From Spirochaetia bacterium (GTDB lineage Bacteria > Spirochaetota > Spirochaetia > CADAEX01): a stretch of 64,000 nt of DNA. Positions 59,234 through 64,000 of the stretch are shown piece by piece. The stretch covers positions 64,001-128,000 of the forward strand of contig CAXXHA010000013.1 of assembly GCA_963662265.2 (NCBI GenBank), written 5' to 3'. How positions within the stretch are numbered: the first letter of the stretch is position 1; each line of letters opens with the position of its first letter. A program made the translations under genes and the position numbers. The notes beneath the pieces were generated by a model. That model saw only the letters and a list, made by a program, of their open reading frames with translations, ran no database searches and was not told where the DNA came from.

Positions 59234-60478
59234 ATGTTTTGTAAAACAGTCGAAATAGTTATCCTTCTTATCCTTTCCGCATTTTTTTCATCTTCTGAAA
59301 CAGCTTTTACATCTCTTTCTGTAATACAGATTGAAACACTTGCGGGGAAAAAAGGGAGAAGAGGGCGCCTTGTAAAGAAGCTCCTTAAAAAACCGGAACA
59401 TCTGCTTATAACAATCCTGACCGGAAATAATCTTGTCAATATTTCAATTACCGCAATTACAACAGAACTTACTATTGAAATTTTCGGAAGTCATTTTATC
59501 GGAATAATGACCGGTATACTTACCCTGACAATTCTTGTTTTCGGGGAGGTTATACCTAAAAATTTCGCAATTGCGCATAATGAATTCATAGCTACTTATT
59601 CTGCCCCCTTAATAAAAGGGTGTATGATTATTCTCCGCCCTGTTGTATTTCTTATTGACAGCATCAGTTCGCTTTTCATCAGGTTTATCGGAAGAAAGAA
59701 GAAAGACCGTATATCAATGGATTCAATACTCCTTCTCATAAGATATGCAGAAGCCAGGGGAATAGTCGAAGATTATGAAAATGATATGGTCCACGGTGTA
59801 TTCCGTCTTGCCCAGCAGAATATTTCTAGCATAATGACACACCGGACAAAGGTTTTCAGTCTCGCAGCAGGCTGTACTGCTTCTGAAACAGAAGCGGCAA
59901 TTATAAAATCCGGTTTTTCCCGTATTCCTGTTTATGAAAATGAACCTGAAAACATAACAGGAATTATATATGTCAAGGATCTCTTCAAAGAGGCTAAAAA
60001 AGACGGAAATGAAATCAGGCTCCGGGATATTTCAACACCTCCTGTATTTGTTTCAGAAAACAAGAAAGTAGGAGAAATTCTTTTCCTTATGAAGAAGGAA
60101 AAGAAGAAACTTGCTGTTGTTCTTGATGAGTACAGCGGCCTTTCAGGTATTGTGACAATGGAGGATATTCTCGAAGAGGTTGTAGGTGAGCTTTATGATG
60201 AAAACGAGGTGAGGCTTACTGAAAAAATAGTAAAAAGAAGTGAAAACGAATATTTTATCATGGGAAATACACCTATCAGCATGATTAATGACAGGATAGG
60301 GACAGATATTCCCGCCGGACGGCTCTCTCAGACTATAGGGGGCTATATTGTTAATGAACTGGGTAAAATTCCTGTCGGCAATGAAAAGGTTGATTTCCCC
60401 GGTGGAAACCTGCTGGTTTATTCTGCTACAAGCAGGCGTGTTGAATCTGTTATCCTCCGGCTGAAGAAAAATAATTAG
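59234..60478 (+). CDS. CNNM/CorC-family (TlyC-like) Mg2+/Co2+ transport protein: DUF21 + CBS + CorC
   Basis: SAFFSSSETAF, GNNLVN, GEVIPK, FSRIPVY and DEYSG...EDILEEVVGE motifs. Confidence 0.92.
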   Translation: MFCKTVEIVILLILSAFFSSSETAFTSLSVIQIETLAGKKGRRGRLVKKLLKKPEHLLITILTGNNLVNISITAITTELTIEIFGSHFIGIMTGILTLTILVFGEVIPKNFAIAHNEFIATYSAPLIKGCMIILRPVVFLIDSISSLFIRFIGRKKKDRISMDSILLLIRYAEARGIVEDYENDMVHGVFRLAQQNISSIMTHRTKVFSLAAGCTASETEAAIIKSGFSRIPVYENEPENITGIIYVKDLFKEAKKDGNEIRLRDISTPPVFVSENKKVGEILFLMKKEKKKLAVVLDEYSGLSGIVTMEDILEEVVGELYDENEVRLTEKIVKRSENEYFIMGNTPISMINDRIGTDIPAGRLSQTIGGYIVNELGKIPVGNEKVDFPGGNLLVYSATSRRVESVILRLKKNN

Positions 60479-60502
60479 TATATTGAATAATAATATATAA
60501 AA

Positions 60503-60548
60503 AGGCTGTCAAGCTTTATCGGCCGGGGCCTATAAGGCTTGACAGCCT
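60503..60548. terminator. Hairpin terminator between convergent genes
   Basis: AGGCTGTCAAGC...GCTTGACAGCCT perfect 12-bp arms, preceded by an A-run. Confidence 0.7.
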
Positions 60549-60658
60549 GATGACTATTTTAAAGGACTGAAATCTGTATTGTATAGGACTCAGCCCTTTA
60601 ATATCTCAAATACATATCTTAAATCAACTTGTGAAAAAGTAAATAATACTGAAGCTGT

Positions 60659-61795
60659 TTAACCGCTGATTAAGCCTTCCCTTACTACAGTTTTTTCAGA
60701 TCCGTCTTCAAAGACAAGTGTAATTGTCGGGTCTTTTACAAGCCCGTCGAGATGTATGAGTGCAGGGGCATCCTCGTCATAATTTGAACCGATTGCAAAG
60801 TGGCATGTTTTAAAAGCTTTTTCATCTTCCAGCATGTTGCCGCTGATAACAGCCTCAGGGTTTAAGCCTATTCCAAGCTCACCTATGTTTCTTGCATTCT
60901 TTGCATATTTTTTACCGTCCCCGGCCGGAAGTTTTCCCTCCTCTTCAAAAATCAATGCGTTTTTTTCAGCCTTTTCTATTGTGTCGAGAAGTATTGAAGC
61001 TTCCTCTTTCCCTGTAACTTCATCTGCAAAACCGTTTCTGACAGATACAAATATCGGGTTATTGATTATCAGGTCGCCGTCGTTTGTTGATATGCTTCCG
61101 TCAAACGCAATAATCCCTTCTGTTTTCCCCACTACAGGCGATATGAAAGTTTCACCAGCAGGAAGGTTTCCTCCATCTCCGGGCGATGAAAAATCACCGT
61201 CATCGCACATTGCCTCTCTTCCCTCGATATTAATAACAACATCAGTTCCTGCGGGAGCTGTGACTTTCACTTTTACCGCTTTATCGAGAAGTTCTTTGAG
61301 AAACAGGCTTCTCTCTTTCATTTTTGCGTAATTTACAGGTATTGTTCTGATAAACATGTCTCTTGTTATACCGGGGGACCAGAAAGACCTGCATTTCTTT
61401 ACACCATGCATCAGGTAGTGGAATGTGTTGTTGTATTTTTTACCGTCAAGTTCATAGGGATCTGTAATTGCATCCTCATCTTTTCCCAGCTTGTTCTTGC
61501 TGATTGAGATAATTACATCTGGTTCAGTCTTTATAGCCCCGATAATCCCTTTTTCCGCAAAATCAAGCTGTGTTTTTTCCTTCTGTATTATGATAAGAGG
61601 ATCAGCGCCTGCTTCGAGCGAAGCATCGAAAAGTGCCTGGGATACAGGCAGGGTTTCATCATCAGGATTGGTTACTATAAGTACTTTCTCCCCTTTTTTT
61701 ATTGCAAGTACATCTCTTACAGCAACTTTAGCGCTTCTGTTGAGCTGGAGATCGCTTTTTACAAGCTTCTGAAAATTAAAATCTGTATTATTCAT
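60659..61795 (-). CDS. M29-family (aminopeptidase T-like) metallopeptidase
   Basis: GNLPAGETF, ELGIGLN, EDEK, HFAIG and HLD motifs. Confidence 0.85.
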   Translation of the reverse strand: MNNTDFNFQKLVKSDLQLNRSAKVAVRDVLAIKKGEKVLIVTNPDDETLPVSQALFDASLEAGADPLIIIQKEKTQLDFAEKGIIGAIKTEPDVIISISKNKLGKDEDAITDPYELDGKKYNNTFHYLMHGVKKCRSFWSPGITRDMFIRTIPVNYAKMKERSLFLKELLDKAVKVKVTAPAGTDVVINIEGREAMCDDGDFSSPGDGGNLPAGETFISPVVGKTEGIIAFDGSISTNDGDLIINNPIFVSVRNGFADEVTGKEEASILLDTIEKAEKNALIFEEEGKLPAGDGKKYAKNARNIGELGIGLNPEAVISGNMLEDEKAFKTCHFAIGSNYDEDAPALIHLDGLVKDPTITLVFEDGSEKTVVREGLISG

Positions 61796-62307
61796 TTATA
61801 AAATCCTGTAATTGGTTTCTGATTTAGCAAACTCATTTTTTATCCTGGAGCGGATATCCTGTTCTGACCGGAATAATTCCTGAAGATCAGGGTAACACAG
61901 TAAGGATATGGTCTATATTGCTGTTATTCTGAAAACTGACGACATTATAAACTACAGATGCTGATTATGGAATATCTGAACTTTTAAATCTTTATCCCGC
62001 ATGTAATTGCCGTACGGGATAAAAATTTGTATATTATTTCAAGGTAGATCTGCAGCTGTTGTACTGAAGTATTTTTCATCCTGTCTGCAGTTACGGCTGC
62101 CTGCAGTTTTTTTAATTACAGGCGCCGGTTTTTCAATATTACAGTATCCTGCATGCAAGAACAGATATTTTTCTGCAACAGCTGTTTTTTATTCTGCTTT
62201 TATGAATAATCAGTATTTTGTTTGTAAACCGGAATCAGGCACCATGTTTTAGGCGCACTGAAACCGGATTAATATATATAAAAAAAATTAAAATTTAGGA
62301 GAGGAAC

Positions 62308-64000
62308 ATGGCTCAGCACCAGTTTCAGACAGAAGTATCCCAGCTTCTTCATTTAATTATTCACTCCCTTTACTCACATAAGGAAATATTCTTAAGGGAG
62401 CTGATATCAAATTCTTCAGATGCTCTTGATAAACTGAAATATCTGACACTCACTGATGAAAACTACAAAAATATCCCGTTCGAACCTAAAATTGATATCA
62501 GTTTTACAGATTCAGATGAAAAGAAACTTGTTATTTCCGATACAGGTATAGGTATGAATGATGAGGACCTTGTCCTCAACCTGGGAACAATTGCAAGATC
62601 AGGAACAAAAAATTTCCTGAGCCAGCTTACAGGCGATTCAAGAAAAGACTCAAGTCTTATTGGACAGTTCGGGGTAGGGTTTTACTCGGCTTTCATGGTT
62701 GCAGACAAGATTGAAGTGGTTTCCAGAAAAGCCGGTGAAGACAAGGCCTGGAAATGGGTGAGCGACGGGAAAGGATCATACGAAATTTCCGAAGCGGAAA
62801 AAGAGACATGCGGAACAGAAATTACTCTTTTTCTTAATAAAGAGGGTGATGAGTATGCTTCCAGGTGGCAGATTGAATCAATCATAAAGAAATATTCAGA
62901 CCATATCCCTTTTCCTATCTTCCTTGAATATGAACACACTTCATTCGAGGGTGAAGGGGATGACAGGAAAGAGGTGAAGGAAACAAAAGTCGATCAGATC
63001 AACTCTGCATCTGCCCTCTGGAAAAGATCAAAATCCGATCTAACAGATGATGATTACAATGAGTTCTACAAGACAATTTCCCATGATACAGAAGAACCTC
63101 TCTACTATATCCATACAAAGGCTGAAGGAACCATGGAGTATACAACACTCTTTTTTATTCCGAAAACAGCTCCCTTCGACCTTTACCAGGCAGATTACAA
63201 GCCGGGTGTGAAGCTTTATGTATCAAGGGTTTTCATAACTGATGATGACAAGGAACTTCTTCCGACATACCTCAGGTTTTTAAGAGGTGTTATTGATTCT
63301 GAGGATCTTCCTCTCAATGTGAGCCGTGAAATCCTGCAGCAGAACAGGGTTATGACAAATATCAGAAACTCTTCTGTAAAGAAAGTACTTTCTGAGCTTA
63401 AGAGTCTTTCTGAAAGCAATCCTGAAAAATACCTGGAATTCATCAGGCATTACAACAGACCTCTTAAAGAGGGCCTTTATTCAGACTTTACAAACAGGGA
63501 CTCACTTCTTGAGCTTATAAGGTTCAAGAGTACAGAAAACGAAGGGTATGTAAGCCTTAATGACTATGTCGAAAAGATGGGGGATGATCAGAAAGCTATC
63601 TACTACATTACAGGCGGCAATGAGGATACACTCAGAAACTCTCCGCTTCTTGAAGCCTACAGAAAGAAGGGTATAGAAGTCCTTGTAATGGATGATGAAA
63701 TTGATGATATTGTTATTCCCACAATTGGTAAATACAAGGAAAAAGAGCTCAAGGCTGTTAACAGGACAGGCGCTGACGAAGATATCAAGACAGATGATGA
63801 CAAGGCAAAAGAGGAAGAGGCTAAACCTATCATTGAAAAAATCAGGGAAGCTCTCGGGGAAGAGGTAAAGGATGTCAAGGCATCTTCCCGTCTCTCAGAT
63901 TCCCCTTCATGCATTGTTGCTGATGCTGATGATCCGACAATGCAGATGCAGCAGATGCTCAAGGCAATGGGACAGACAGAAATGCCTGACTTCAAGCCTA
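62308..64000 (+). CDS. htpG: Chaperone HtpG/Hsp90 (partial, runs off window end)
   Basis: Not in the ORF track; MAQHQFQTEVSQLLHLIIHSLYSHKEIFLRELISNSSDALDK, DTGIGM, LGTIARSGT, IGQFGVGFYS and DLPLNVSREILQ motifs. Confidence 0.97.
   Translation, partial: MAQHQFQTEVSQLLHLIIHSLYSHKEIFLRELISNSSDALDKLKYLTLTDENYKNIPFEPKIDISFTDSDEKKLVISDTGIGMNDEDLVLNLGTIARSGTKNFLSQLTGDSRKDSSLIGQFGVGFYSAFMVADKIEVVSRKAGEDKAWKWVSDGKGSYEISEAEKETCGTEITLFLNKEGDEYASRWQIESIIKKYSDHIPFPIFLEYEHTSFEGEGDDRKEVKETKVDQINSASALWKRSKSDLTDDDYNEFYKTISHDTEEPLYYIHTKAEGTMEYTTLFFIPKTAPFDLYQADYKPGVKLYVSRVFITDDDKELLPTYLRFLRGVIDSEDLPLNVSREILQQNRVMTNIRNSSVKKVLSELKSLSESNPEKYLEFIRHYNRPLKEGLYSDFTNRDSLLELIRFKSTENEGYVSLNDYVEKMGDDQKAIYYITGGNEDTLRNSPLLEAYRKKGIEVLVMDDEIDDIVIPTIGKYKEKELKAVNRTGADEDIKTDDDKAKEEEAKPIIEKIREALGEEVKDVKASSRLSDSPSCIVADADDPTMQMQQMLKAMGQTEMPDFKP

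Noticed and set aside
61800-62307. CIRCE operator upstream of htpG; ORF 62007-62252
   Set aside because: Only a partial TTAGCA half-site with no matching inverted arm; the ORF lacks an RBS and recognisable features.
1-64000. CRISPR array, prophage, transposase or defence operon
   Set aside because: No regularly spaced direct repeats and no such genes recognised.

Overview
AT-rich chromosomal window that looks like an anaerobic spirochaete. This is inferred from the fused pyrBI, the HATPase-HDOD and OmpA proteins, spirochaete-type lipoproteins and [FeFe]-hydrogenase-related genes. It is mostly housekeeping and metabolic: LonC, Nif3, lspA, tRNA-Ala(GGC), fabH and fabD-G-F, argJ, a moxR/bat operon, infA, dksA, ftsH, pyrBI, ECF and osmoprotectant ABC transporters, and htpG. 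There is a small accessory block at 5-10.8 kb and several cyclic-nucleotide or partner-switching proteins. I found no phage, transposase, CRISPR array or reverse transcriptase. The most notable observations are: (1) a candidate leader-peptide attenuator upstream of pyrBI; (2) a degenerate ~200-bp MITE/REP-like repeat family, with one copy between the tRNA promoter and the tRNA; (3) a catalytically degenerate half DEAD-box protein fused to a DbpA RNA-binding domain; (4) a large uncharacterised GT-A-like protein; (5) an RsbT-like kinase and a group-D-like [FeFe] sensor translationally coupled to an ECF transporter; (6) several apparently leaderless genes. Eight single-base frameshifts in short base runs, seven of them at 22.1-25.8 kb, are probably assembly errors. 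All calls come from motif reading by eye; no database searches were run.
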